Shown piece by piece: positions 1 through 12,433 of a stretch of 64,000 nucleotides of DNA (positions are counted from its first letter, which is position 1; the number at the start of each line of letters is the position of its first letter). The stretch is from Camelus ferus (taxonomy: Eukaryota). The notes under the pieces were generated by a model. The model ran no database searches, was not told the origin of the DNA, and was given only the letters and a program-made list of their open reading frames with translations. Location: the NCBI RefSeq assembly GCF_009834535.1, contig NC_045697.1:75828001-75892000 (forward strand). The letters are read 5' to 3'. The position numbers and the translations under genes are program-made.

Positions 1-599
1 GTATTATCCATTATTTATCCTTTCCTTGCTTCCTGTACTAAATGCACAGATAATTCCAGAGATGATGGCAGATATATGTGTTATTAAATTAGGAATTTTA
101 AAAGAAATTCATTATACAATTCTTGAAGTTATATGTACAAGAATTGGTAACTCAATGATTATCTTGTTCTGACTTTGACAGCTTTGCATCAGCCACTGTG
201 TTCTCCAGAAACATGATTATACAGAGTAATTACAGTAACTAACATAAGTTTCCTGAGAAATGCAATTTTAGAGGACTTGAAGAATATGAGGAGGAATGAT
301 ACTTTCAGAGACTTAAGAATGTTGTCTTTGAGTCAGTATAACAAACTGATTATGAGGAGGCACCAGAGAAATGAAAAGATTTACAAGAGAATGATTAAAA
401 AATCACTTGTGAACAACTAGAAATCAAATCAAAGGCAGCTTAAAGGATGATAATGCTACACTTATTTTAATTCTCATGTTTTAAAAAAAAGGAGTAAGAT
501 AACTCAATTTATGACTTAAATTTCTGCCAAAACTATCTTTGAAAAATAAATATCATAATGAGTGAAGGAAAATAATATATGACTACCACAGGATTTTAA

Positions 600-1800
600 A
601 TAGATATGGGGATTTCTGATTCCATATGGTAAACTGAATGGATGTATTACTTCCATTCTCACCTGAATGCCTATTAAAATGACAATAATAATATTTAAAA
701 TATATAGGCCTAAAGGACCAAAAAACTAGAAGTCACCAGGAGATAGAAAATAGCACCATGTTTTGGAGGATGGGAAGCTGATGGCTTAGGAGAGTAGTGC
801 AAACTAGACCTAATTTCTTCAGAACGAGGAGGGAAAATCAAGCTGCAAAGTCTCAAGAACTGGCTTTTGCAGAAAGGGAGTGTGAGGCAGAGCTGGAATT
901 CAGACAATCATTTGAAAGTCCGCACAGAAGGCAGTTAGACCGCAAAGAGCCTGGTGACTTCCTCTTCCAAACCCTCAGACATGAGATTGATTCCTTGTAG
1001 AACATGAATCAAAAAGATTCTGGGCTTAGGGAGAGGAAAGTTTCAGAAAAGCTCAAGGGCAGCTGAGGGGCTGAAAATAAATGGATTAAGTGGAAATTTA
1101 TACATTTATGGGAGAAACATACCTCCATCCTCTACCAGCCCTCTTTCCCCATCCATGTCCTCAAATAACCTGTAGCCAGGGATAAGACTTGAGCATCTTT
1201 CCATGCAGAAACTGAGTAACTTCCAAGACTACTCTGCAGATTCAAATCTATTGTCAGGCATGCAAAGTCGCAAACAAACATGAAAGTCATAAAATAAGGC
1301 TAGAAAACGACCATTCAAGATTGGGGTGGGAGAGCAAAAGTTTCTGGAACTAAATTACAAATGGAACTCATTATCTGACAAACTTATTTAGAAGACTATC
1401 AAATGAATAATTGACAAAACTACTGACTCCAGGGAAAAGAAAGGAAGCATAATCATGGTACACTACTAGATTCAGTACTGAAATATGTGTAGACAGTCGA
1501 TGTAATAAATGTAAATACATAATGAAATTTAGCCAAATCTGTGATTTAATTATATTGGGAGGTTGGAGGGGAAGGAAGTAGGGTGATCGTACAAGGGAGC
1601 TAAATCCTCGTTTGCCAATGTGAAAAGTCAATATATCATGCATAAAATAGATATAATAAGATATACCAGTATAAATATATAATTCTCATCTATAAGGATA
1701 AATACCAGAAGACAAAGAGAAAGGGTTAGAAATTGGCAGGGGTGGGGGGCAGGGCATAGACGGAGCACAGGGAGTGGTGGATCATTTTTTAAAATTCTGT
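600..1800 (+). mobile_element. HAL1 / old L1ME-like LINE fragments
   Basis: 1430-1720 (GGAAAAGAAAGGAAGCATAATCATGGTACACTAC...GAGCTAAATCCTC...AAATACCAGAAGA) resembles the HAL1 3' region as I recall it; 600-1250 resembles an old L1/HAL1 5' region. Edges approximate. Confidence 0.6.
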
Positions 1801-3229
1801 CTGTTATATTCCATTATTTTCATTATATTAGTGAAAAGTAGTGGTACTTGAGCTATATTCTGTGTTTATGAACAGTTTTAACCTATGATTACATTTGATA
1901 AACAAACAAAAACCATGTATTGTTTTAATATTATTTGGAAACTGAAATGTAGCAAACTTTGTAACTAAAAACAATTTAAAGCAACGACACAAAATGCTGT
2001 TTTGTTTTCAAACTGAACATGCCCCTTCTTGCTCCTACCTCAGAATTAGATAAGAACATGCCTCCCTGTCCTGGTACAAATAACAGCTGTTCACTCTCCC
2101 TCATTTCTTGGCTAAGGATCCTGAAGTGTCTCCTTATTTCAATCAATCCAATTGAACGCAATCAATCCAAACTCTCTTCTGCCTGGCTTTCAATGCCTGT
2201 CCTCTCCCCCAGCCTTCTACCTATCTACCCTTATTTTCCATTACCTCACAACGGGCACCTTCTGTTTAAGTTTTGTGGCTCTCTCAGAACCCTGTACACT
2301 CTGAGCCATGACTGCTTTCATCTTTTGGGTCAAGCTATTACTTGAATACCTGGGTCCTTTCCTCTGTACTTGGTCAAGGCCTTCTTATCCTTCAAAACCT
2401 GCTTCAGGACTGGCAAAGATATTTCTTATCAAAATTCTGCTATGTTATCATCCTTGGAAATTTGGTTTTTATCATACAACTTGAAAATAATACTTATCAA
2501 AGAAAAAAATTGAAAATTTGTATGACCTTCTCAGGCAAAAGGAAAATTTAAACAAATTAACATTTGTCCAAATTCAAGAGACTGTGCTGAATCTATTGGG
2601 TTGGTACCATACCAGTAATTTTCACAATGTGATGTGCCAGATATATTTTTCTATTTGCTATTTAAAAAGGACTATCTCTTTAAAGTACCTAATCCCAACA
2701 ACATGAACACACATGTAATTCTTCATTGTCTATTTGGATGGACAAATAGCAAATCAAAGCTCGATCGAGGCACCAATAAATCTGATAAGAATTTATTTTT
2801 ATATTGGTCTTTCTTATAAATTAAAGGTTATCATTTTGTTGTATTTATTGTGGAAACAGCATAATAATAATAACAGAAAACAAAAAAGGAAAAAAATTAC
2901 CTGTACTTCTACCACCCAAAGAAACTGTTTTTACTTTTTTCATGTAACTCTTTCATTTCTCATCCCAATACACATATAATTTTACATACTTTACAAAAGC
3001 ATTCTCCTTTTTACCTTAGTATTATAGTATAAACATTTCATGTTGTAAGACCTCCTTCATACTTATTTTAGTATTTATATAATAATCTGTCTATTAATAT
3101 CTATATAATAATTCTTCTCTATTGTAGTACCATAATTATTTGTTTCTCCATCATTAGTCACTTACAATTGCTTCCAATTTTTTAAAATAGGATGTGGGCA
3201 AATAGGGACTCATGCACTGACAATACTTA

Positions 3230-3790
3230 CCAATTTAAGATGCACACATCCTCTGACCTAGAAAATCCATCTCTTGGATTTTATCCTTGAGAGGTAATTA
3301 CAGAAGTGTGTAAGCATATACATGCTCTTTGCTGCATTATCTAATAGTAAAAATTAAAAAGAATCTAAATTTTCAACTATAAGGTAATAAATAGCTAAAT
3401 AAATTTTGGTAGACCTATATATAATATATTATATGGTCATTAGAAATAATGAGTTAGATGTGTTTGGGTTAACTTGGAGAATATCCATTATAAACTGGTG
3501 AATGGTGGTGGAGTAGGGGTGGGAAAACAAGTTTTAGATAAACAGCATTCATTGCTTTGGGGAAAAATACTATACATACGTATTTATAATAAATATACAC
3601 ATGGATGTTTGTACACATATAAGAAATAAATCCAGAAGAATACATAACAAACTCTTAGTAGTGATTATCCTTGGAAAGTAGGATTAGTCAGGCAGTGAGA
3701 GAAGCTTTTACTTTTTACTTTATATCCTTCAGTGTTATTTGAATTACCACAATTATGTATGACTATTATTTTTGAAAGACATGGAAAATA
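3230..3790 (+). mobile_element. Old L1 (L1ME-type) 3' end fragment
   Basis: TGCACACATCCTCTGACCTAGAAAATCCATCTCTTGGATTTTATCC is a degenerate L1 ORF2 end motif (PYDPAIPLLGIYP region), followed by an L1ME-like 3'UTR (CAAACTCTTAGTAGTGATTATCCTTGG). Confidence 0.65.
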
Positions 3791-4310
3791 TAAATTATCT
3801 TAATAAAACTCATTATGGAATTGTTATTTATCTTTCTAGATGGTCCACTCTGGCAGCTTTTTAAAATGGCTCCAGAAGAAACAACAGACTAGGCCAGGCT
3901 GTTCAGGGCTCTCTACCTAAGGGGAAATGAGAGCCCAATTTTCTCTGAAGTTGCACTCATTCTGGCTCACCAGAATGTTCATTTGGCAAATGGAAGTCAG
4001 TTTTGTATTTTGATGGGTTATCACCCCAATGGAAAAGCTTAACCAGGTCAGTGAAAAAATGATTTCAATTTTGGGCCTTCTCCATCTTGACCTTCTCAGA
4101 ATCCTTAAGGGTTTTACAAATAAGCATATAAGTTTCCATAAATCCTCAAAATCATCTAGAGTTGTCAATTTTAGATTTTGCTTCTTTTTTCTCTTTCATC
4201 GTATGTAAATTAGAGTGCAAATAGGCACAAAATTCTGATTGTGCATATTTTTAGCTTGAATTTTTTTTTTGTTTCAAAAAATAAGTAACAGGTTAAATAA
4301 AAGTATATCA

Positions 4311-4472
4311 CAGGCTTTCTCAACATTAGTACTATTGCTGTTGTGAGCAGCATAATTCTTTGTTGTGAGGGGATGTCCTTCTACCTACCAGATACCAGCA
4401 GCCAGCCTCCACTCCAGTTGTGACAACAAAAAACTTCCTTAGATGTAGCCAGATGTCCCTAGTTGGGAACTG
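4311..4472 (-). mobile_element. MER20 (hAT-Charlie) DNA transposon, internally deleted
   Basis: CAGGCTTTCTCAAC...ATAATTCTTTGTTGTG...CCAGTTGTGACAACAAAAAAC...CCAGATGTCCC...GGGAACTG matches the reverse complement of MER20. Confidence 0.8.
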
Positions 4473-4589
4473 ATATAATGCAATAGTATTCGAAGATTGG
4501 GTTAGTTCTATATGTCTTGATAGAAGTGATTTCCAAGATAAAATATTAAGTGAAAAATGAAAGGTACAAAATTGTGTATACAGATAACA

Positions 4590-4820
4590 TAATGACTAAA
4601 AGCCTGGGCTTTGGAGTCAAACTACCTGGAATGTAATCTCAACTCTTCCAAACTACTCCGTGACCTCAGACAATTAGTTAACTCTTCTCTTCCTCCATTT
4701 CTGTATTGTTAAACAATGCTATCATAGGGTTAAGTACCTATAGTACAGCTAGTGTGAGGGTTTATGTAAAATGTTTGAAACAGTGTCTGGGATAAATGTC
4801 TGGCATTTGTGATCATCACC
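4590..4820 (+). mobile_element. MIR SINE
   Basis: GGGCTTTGGAGTCAAACTACCTGG...GTGACCTCAGACAATTAGTTAAC...GTGAGGGTTTATGTAAAATGTTTGAAACAGTGTCTGG, MIR core and tail. Confidence 0.75.
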
Positions 4821-5587
4821 ATTTATTTTGAAAATACATTCATAGACTATCTCTAGGAAGATATACAAGAAAACTGGTGACAGCGGTTTCCTCTGGGCAA
4901 GGATGTGACTAAGGGGTCAGGGAAAACATACTTTATACTGGATGCTGTTTGAGGTTTTTTTGCATTTTTCTATTATTATCTATTAAAACATTTTTTAAAA
5001 AGATAATTAAGTTTAAAAAAGGTTTTTTGAACATATGTTATGCTCCTACCATATATTTTTTAAAAAGACAGATTCAAACTTATGAGTAATTATTTTTCCT
5101 CTGCTGCTAAAATAATAAAAATCTACTTGTTAGTAGATAACCAAGTAACATCAAAATTGTGCCTTTAAAAAAATCCTGGGGGTATGAAACACAAAGAAGC
5201 TTCATTTATTTCCAGTCACTTTAGAATAGTAACAGTTTTATCTGACCTTATTGGTTAAATCACCTTATTTATAGTAAATTCAGTCTTCACAGAAATAGGA
5301 GGGCAAAGTGGCAGATAGTTCAAAATAATGTGTAACCTTACAGAGTGATTTTGTACTTACATTTGACTATAAATATGTCTCACTGGCACAAATGTCTATA
5401 CTGAAAATCATTCTAACAGTGGAGAAGCACTAGAATTGAATTTAATAAGTAATGGAAGCAGTTTATTAGAATATGTAGCTCTAATAGTGACAGGAATGCA
5501 TTTATTTGAAAATGTTTACAACTAAAAGCCCACTTCAGTGAAATATGAAACAGAATCAACTATTAAAAGGCAATAAGGGGAAAACCC

Positions 5588-6887
5588 GGGTTTCTGGGTT
5601 TCTGGTCCAGTATACATGGAGCCTAGAAGTCACCACTCTGTCCTAACAACAAGTAAGAAGCTGGACAAACAGAAAAATCAACTCTTCTTGAAGTCTTCAG
5701 AGAAGTAAAGTCACAGGGCAAACTGCTGCCTTGAAATTGGAGAGACAGATAGACAGATACAAAGAATCACAACTTACCAGAGCAGAAACCCATGAGCAGA
5801 AACCAGAAACCTGCAGGGAAACCAAGGCAGGGATGATATAATTGTCTATGTAAAAACTCTGAAAGAATCAACCAAAAAAAACCAAAAACAAACAAACAAA
5901 CAAAAACATCCGGGAACTAAGTGATTATAGTGAGGTTACAGGATATAGATTAATATACAAAAGCCAGTCACTTTATTATATACTAGCAATGAACAAGTGG
6001 AAAACTTGAAATTTACCATTTGAATAACCACCCCTAAAATGAAATACATATAAATTTAACAAAATATGTACAGGATCTACATAAGGAAAACTACAAAGCT
6101 CTGATGAACGATATAAAAGAACTAAATAAATGGAGAGATATTCCATGTTCTTAGATAAGAAGACTCGATATTGTCAAGATGACAGTTCTTTCCAACTTGA
6201 TCTATAGATTCAGTGCAATCCCATCAAAATCCCAGCAAGTTATTGTGTGAATATCAAGAATCTGATTCTAAAGTTTATATGGAGAGGGAAAAGCCCCAGA
6301 ATAGTCATATCAATGTTAAAGAACAGAGTCAGAGAACTGGCACTACCTTACTTCAAGACTTACTATAAAGTTACAGTAATCAAGAGAGTATGATATTGGT
6401 GAAAGAATGATGGACAAGTCAATGGAACAGAATAGAGACTCTAGAAAGAGATGCACATAAATGAAGTCAACCAATGTTTGACAATGGAGCAAAGACTTTT
6501 CAATAAGTGGTACTTGAACAACTGGTCATTCACTCATGCAAAAAAAAAAAAAAAAAAAGAATCTAGACACAAAGCATACACCCTTTTGAAAAATTAACTA
6601 AAAATGAATCATAGATCTAAGTATGAAATGCAGAACTATAAAACTTCTAGGAAATAACATAGGAGAAAACCTAACTCATCTTGAGTATGAAGATGACTTT
6701 TTAGATACCACAACAAAGGCACAATCTATGAAGGAAATAATTGATAATCTGCACTTCTCTAAAATTAAAAACTTGTGTTCTATGAAAGACAATGTCAAGA
6801 GAATGAGAAGACAAGGTACAGACTGAGAGAAAATATTTGCAAAAGACACATTTGATAAAGAACTGTTATCCAAAATATACAAAGAAC
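5588..6887 (+). mobile_element. Old L1 (L1MC-like): ~245 bp of 5'UTR fused directly to the 3' half of ORF2; 3' truncated
   Basis: 5588-5832 resembles an L1MC 5' end; from 5833 the sequence is degenerate ORF2 starting at the RT DD motif (ATGATATAATTGTCTATGTAAAAACTC), continuing through [16 protein letters not shown] and TIKLLGNNIGENL-like segments (ORF track 6623-6826). Confidence 0.9.
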
Positions 6888-6963
6888 TGTTTTTTTTCCC
6901 CTCTAAGATTATCTAGCACGTTTACATGTAAAAAAATTAGAAACCACTTACATGTATATATAA

Positions 6964-6981
6964 TACACAGACACAGACACA

Positions 6982-7026
<45 letters not shown>
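6964..7026. repeat. Compound microsatellite (CAGACA)n(CA)n
   Basis: Directly visible; the pure CA run is about 40 bp. Confidence 0.95.
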
Positions 7027-7028
<2 letters not shown>

Positions 7029-7609
7029 TAACTGAAGCATCTTTCTTTAGGAATCTGAAATATTAACCTTTGGATAAGACTGTAGCTGTAGACAGCACAT
7101 CAATTCCCAAACTGAAGGATTCCCATATTTATCTCAGAATTGCCATGGGAAATGCTAGTTGTGCAATATTAACCATCCTCTCCTCAGGGGACAATCCTGA
7201 GGGAACACTCCATTGCTTAAACATGAAATTTATCTTCACTACACACGTAGGCTTTGCAAAACTCATTTGAAAAGCCATTTATTTAGAAGGTTTATTTGAT
7301 CAATCTAGTTTGCAACCAAAATAACTTCTAGTTCTGCAGTCAAAATTTGGAGCGTATTTTCAAGCAGAATTGAATCCCATACATTAAAAGATAAATATGA
7401 AATAAACCTTAAGTAAAACAACCCATAGTAGTCACATAACCAAGATGAAAGGTTCACTACTAAGCTGGGTCAAAATTATATGCATATAAAAGGCACTATG
7501 TGTATATATATATATATATATATATAAAATTTTTTAAATTTTTGTGGTCAAAATAAACAAGCAAGCTGTTTAATTTACTCCCTTCTTGTCAATCAAAGAA
7601 TTTCTCTAG

Positions 7610-7870
7610 TGGGTAGTACAATTTAGTGGTTAAGACTGCAGGTTCTGGAGTCAGACTCCCTGCATTTGAATGACTTCCCACCATTTACTAGCTCTGCACC
7701 CCTGGCCAATTTATTTAACTTTCTCAGGGCCTCAGTTTCACCTTCTGCAGAAGAGGGGAAGCAAATCTACTAGTTTCATAGGGTTGCTGTGAGGATAAGA
7801 TAGAAAATACAATTAACATGGCTAGAACAGCATTGATGGAGAAAACATTTGCAAATTATTATTAATATTA
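7610..7870 (+). mobile_element. MIR SINE, near full length
   Basis: TAGTGGTTAAGACTGCAGGTTCTGGAGTCAGACT...CCATTTACTAGCT...GCCTCAGTTTCACCTTCTG...ATAGGGTTGCTGTGAGGAT. Confidence 0.85.
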
Positions 7871-8034
7871 TTTAATACTATTGTAATTTCTCATTTTGTT
7901 TCCCAATTTTCCATCTGAGTCTTCCAGCTTAGAATAAAAGTCGCCATTAAAGGGAGATTAGGTGTCTATATCTCCACATGTCTCCACAGCTAACACAATA
8001 TTGGATGCATAGCATGGACTCACTACATATTTTA

Positions 8035-8170
8035 TGGAAGAAGGAAAGGAAGGAAGGAAAAAAGAGATATGAAGGAGGGCAGCAGGGTGGGAGAGGGAAG
8101 GGAGGTGGAGAGGGGAGAAGAAGGGAGAGGGGAGAGAGGAGAGAAGAAAATAAAGGAGTGAAAAAAAGTG
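8035..8170. repeat. Purine-rich (GA) low-complexity tract
   Basis: Almost only G and A on the + strand (GGAA, GAGG units). Confidence 0.9.
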
Positions 8171-9820
8171 AAAATGTAAATATATAGTCAGGAGTAGAAA
8201 ACCTAAATATGGCACGATTTCATGTTTGGTAGTAGAACTCTCCTATTAATTTCACAGGTAATTTGATTGTACTTTTCCCAAATCTACTTAATATTTTTGA
8301 TATGTGTGTACAGTCACAACAGTTTGAATCATTACAGACATGCTTTCTGGTTAGTTTCCCAAATTTTTAAAGCATTGAGTTCATTTAGTTTATACACACA
8401 CGTTGAAAGGTATGAGGGGAAACACAGAGTGAAGCATAAATCCATGCACATGGGCTAATTCAAAGTTTAGCTTTTAGACTTGTTTACGTCAAAATCCATT
8501 TCCATAAGTAGGTATTGACCAAACAATTAGGTAGTTTAATTTGTTAATTTAAGAGTGTTATAATCTTGACAAGAAGTAATACGATTGTTATTCTATTTAA
8601 GATAAAAAATTAAAAATTTTTTAAGTTTACTGGGTAGTGAAATTATAATCATACGTGGTAATGAAAAAGAATGACAAAATGTAATGAAATATAAAAACAA
8701 ATTCAAAACTGGTAATTATCCTAATTTAACTAAATCTAATTAGAATGAATTTTGGGTAGTCTAAGTGGTCTAGTTTGGCTGACTAGATTTTCCCCTAATA
8801 GTCAATTTTTCTCTTCACTTTGTACCTGAGAAACTTGGTACAAAGGTATTTGCGTGTAATTTGAAATGACCTATTTTTCATGATTTTCCAGTAAAGCTAA
8901 TTTGTCTAGAATAAACATTTTCCCAAAATTTTGTGCTCTACTGATAGGGCGTTTTTATCCACTAAACAAACATTTTCTTGTTTATATTCTTGTGTGGGAT
9001 AGTTCTTTTTAAAACCACTGTATTTATCCATCTACTTATCTTACACGTAGGATCATAATTTTTGTGGCTGTTCCATTTACTGTGAAAGGAATACAGTGTT
9101 TTACTACAAAAGGACACCAAAAAGCCCTTTAATTCTGGTACTTCTTACTCTTGAGTCATAAAAACAGGCTAGGACTATGGAAGAAAAAGATTAGAAGGCA
9201 GTGTTTATAACTGTAGGGAAAAACTATACCCTAAACTAGCTACAAAAATATGTCTTTTTAAAAACATCACACTCAGAACTGTGATTTTAAACCCCTTAAT
9301 TTAACTTTGTTTTGCCTTTGAAGGGAAAAACTCATTGAACTTTAAATAGCTTTTAAATTTGGGGGCGGCAGGAAAAAAAATTTAACTCTACTCTCTCATT
9401 GAATTTTTCAAGTCCCAAAGCCACTATTTGTTGGATTACAAACAGTATTTGTAAGAGAGTCCCCTCACTAACTACGCACGTGTACATGTCAACTACCATT
9501 TCTAGAGCTCATTTCCATACTAGTGACCAAAGGGTAAAGTCAAAATAAACCCAGTGGGTGGAACAAAGGCTAAGAAAGCAAAACTCTGTAAACTACGAGA
9601 TCCCTATCTTTCTCATACTGAATTTTTAAGTGTACTAAATAAAAGTGGGAAGAAAAAGAAGCTAGAGAAACTATTTTTTTTTTTGGCTTAAAAAAGATTG
9701 GGTAAATGTCTATGTTAAATCTCATAGGGAACCTAAATTATTAAATATAAATGATTATAAAATCAAAACCTGTAATCAGGCAAAGGTTAAAATAAATTTC
9801 TAAAAAATTTTATCTCCATA

Positions 9821-10097
9821 AGTGGTTCTCAGCCCCAGTTCACATTAGAATCACCTGGAAAGCTTTTTTTTTTTAATTGAAATATAGTCGGTTTACAATG
9901 TTGTGTCTATTTCTGATGTACAGCATAATGTTTCAGTCATATATATACATACACATACATATATTCCTTTTCATATTTTTTTGGAAAACTTTGAAATAAT
10001 ACAAAATGAGGTACTAAATTGTCCTGCCATGGGTACTAAGCATTGGCATTTTTAAAATCGGCAAGATGGTTTAATATGCAGAAGGGCTGATAACACA
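9821..10097. mobile_element. MER5-type hAT element interrupted by a short L1 3' end
   Basis: AGTGGTTCTCAGCC...CACATTAGAATCACCTGGAAAGCTTT on the left; AAGCATTGGCATTTTTAAAATC...TAATATGCAG...GGGCTGATAACAC on the right. Confidence 0.65.
9867..9982 (-). mobile_element. Young L1 extreme 3' end (~115 bp) with TSD
   Basis: Poly-T then AATTGAAATATAGTCGGTTTACAATGTTGTG; flanked by GGAAAGCTTT (9857-9866) and GGAAAACTTT (9983-9992). Confidence 0.85.
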
Positions 10098-11196
10098 GAT
10101 CCACTTATGACCAAATAAATACTTGGAAAGATTTTTAACCAAATGAACAGTTGCTTAAGCATGAACAAACCCTCCCCAAGGGCGTGCAAGTGCCAGGCAC
10201 TGTGTTAGGCTCTGAGGATACAAAGATATTTAAAAAATTTTAAACTTTATAACATACCTGCAGTTCAAATTCTTTAAAAAGTTGTATTTTTTAAAAAATC
10301 TTCTATCATTTTTTCCTGTAAAGGAATATACATTAACATATATTTCTGATGAAGTAAGCTCTTTAAATATACCAAGCTTGATTTGAAAATAAACTGTAAT
10401 TAAAAAAATAAGAAAATAAATGGCAATAACAATTCAAGTATTTACTAATAAGAGTCAGGATTTCAAAGTAGATGACCAAAAGCCTCTTTTTCATATTTAT
10501 ATACAATCAGTTTTAATGAAAATTCTGAGAATAACAATGTCCATCACTTAGCCATAAAAAACCCAAGAGACTTTTCACAACATGAAGGAGACAGAAATCA
10601 TGAACTCTGAAAAACAAGAAAACGCGAAGAAACCAGTTGAGGCTAGTGCTTTTGGGATAGTCAGAGAAAGGAGTCTGCTTACAGGCAGCAGAGAAGCTGA
10701 GGTGGTAAAATGATTTTGAAGGACTAAAATTAAAGAAGTTGAACCCTGCCTCTCCCAGCATCCTCAGCCAGAAATTTAATGTGGCTTTATTTCTCTTAAT
10801 ATGAGAATTCTAAGGCATCATAACATTCCATTTTCAACTGTGACACACACACAAAAAATACTCCAAAGTTAAGTGAAATTATCTCTAGATTATTGATAAA
10901 CAAATTAAAAACTTTAAGAATTAGTGTTTCCAATTGGTTGGCTTTGGGGATTTTATCCATAAAGGAGAACTTTATCAAAAACTGAGAGCTTGAACTTAAA
11001 AGAGCATAAACAATATCTTGGACTCTGTTTGAATACCCAAATAATAAATATTGGTGCTAGCATTATGACCAGCAGTAACATATATTGGTCTGATTCCAAA
11101 ATGTTTCACAAGGAAATCTGGAGGGTATAGATCACCTATTATAAACTATTAATCTAAAATATATAAAGTTTTCCTCAGATTTAAAAGAATCTCTAT

Positions 11197-11342
11197 GAGG
11201 GATGGGTATAGCTCAGTGGTAGAGCCCATACTTAGCATGTGTGAGGCCCTTGGTTCAACCTCCAGTACCTCCATAAAAAATAAAATAAAATAAAATAAAA
11301 TAAAATAAAATAAAATAAAATAAAATAAAACAAAACAAAATA
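11197..11342 (+). mobile_element. tRNA-derived SINE (camelid vic-1 type) with long (AAAAT)n tail
   Basis: GGGTATAGCTCAGTGGTAGAG (A box)...GGTTCAACCTCC (B box)...AGTACCTCC, pentamer tail; TSD core AATCTCTAT at 11188-11196 and 11343-11351. Confidence 0.92.
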
Positions 11343-11549
11343 AATCTCTATTCAAAGGCCACTTGTAAAAAAGCATTATTTTTGAGAAACGTGTAGTGTT
11401 TATTTTTAGTATCCTTGTACTTGATTTCCTGAGAATTCCAATGCTTTTTCAATTATGCTCTATCTAAAAAAGTTCTTATCACTTAATATCTTTGGAATAG
11501 TCCACTAGTCCTATATATAAGTTGTTATTACCATTAACGCCCTGGTAAT

Positions 11550-11760
11550 AAAAATGATACATGATGAGACAATTCATTGGGCTCTACTATATACCAGGTC
11601 CTCAATGTATACAAAATATTTTTTAATATATTATCTCATTTAATCCTCACAGTTAACTTATTTATTCATATTTTAAGACTGAGAGGACTGAGGCTAAGCA
11701 AGATTTTAAAAATTGCCCAAGGTCACAGAGTTAATAAGTGTCAGAACTAAAACCAAAGTT
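11550..11760 (-). mobile_element. MIR SINE
   Basis: TTATCTCATTTAATCCTCACA...GAGAGGACTGAGGCTAAG...TTGCCCAAGGTCACAGAGTTAATAAGTG. Confidence 0.8.
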
Positions 11761-12433
11761 CTTTAGTTTTCTTTTCTTCTTTCTAATTTGGAAATCTAAT
11801 AAATTCCAATATTGTATGTTCACTGTAGGAACATTCTAAAATATAAAAAAGTCAAAAAGAATAAAAAGGCTTGGTCCTGAAAGATAACTGCTGAAGAATT
11901 TTCAGTGTATTTGTTTTCCATATTTCTGCTGCACCTTTTAAACCAGAGCCTGCAATCTAAGTACTCAGCTTGGGTAACCTCTCTATGCTTCTTTCCATGT
12001 GCTTCCAAAATCTGCCCTTTTAGAGATTCCCTGGTCAACTTCTGTCCCTCATACCTACAATCTGGTTAGAAATACACACAAATGCAGAAGGAGTTTTACC
12101 TCCCTCCCTACCTCCTCCATGGATATCGTTCCCTCTGCCGTATCTATTCCCTATCAAAACACTGGCAAAAGGAAAGAAGCAAAGCACAGATGACCAAACA
12201 AACTGAAGAGTTCTTCAAAACACACCAAAGTATCATAATAAGTCACCAGAAATGATGTCTTAGGTCTCAGAGTGTAGAGAATAGAAGCTGCCATCAACCC
12301 AGTTCTCTGGAGAATGAAGAGAATGCAAGGTAGAATCTTTAAAGTTCAACAGGAATCTAAGGCAGTATGCTTTCATCTCTAAGGAACACACACACACACA
12401 GCTTACAACTGTCTCTCTAGTGACTGTACTCTT

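Noticed and set aside
2613..2688. Further - strand exon candidate (and an acceptor at 253-254) extending the exon chain
   Set aside because: Weak pyrimidine tract at 2689 and stops in all three frames; not supportable without homology.
7070..7270. 66-aa + strand ORF after an acceptor-like CTTTCTTTAG
   Set aside because: Non-ATG start, no recognisable homology, no supporting neighbouring exons.
11197..11275. tRNA-Ala-like sequences (also at 20449, 21596, 27371, 34755, 36211, 56851, 57131) as tRNA genes
   Set aside because: Most have A-rich tails and/or TSDs, and they are truncated and mutually diverged; they are SINE copies.
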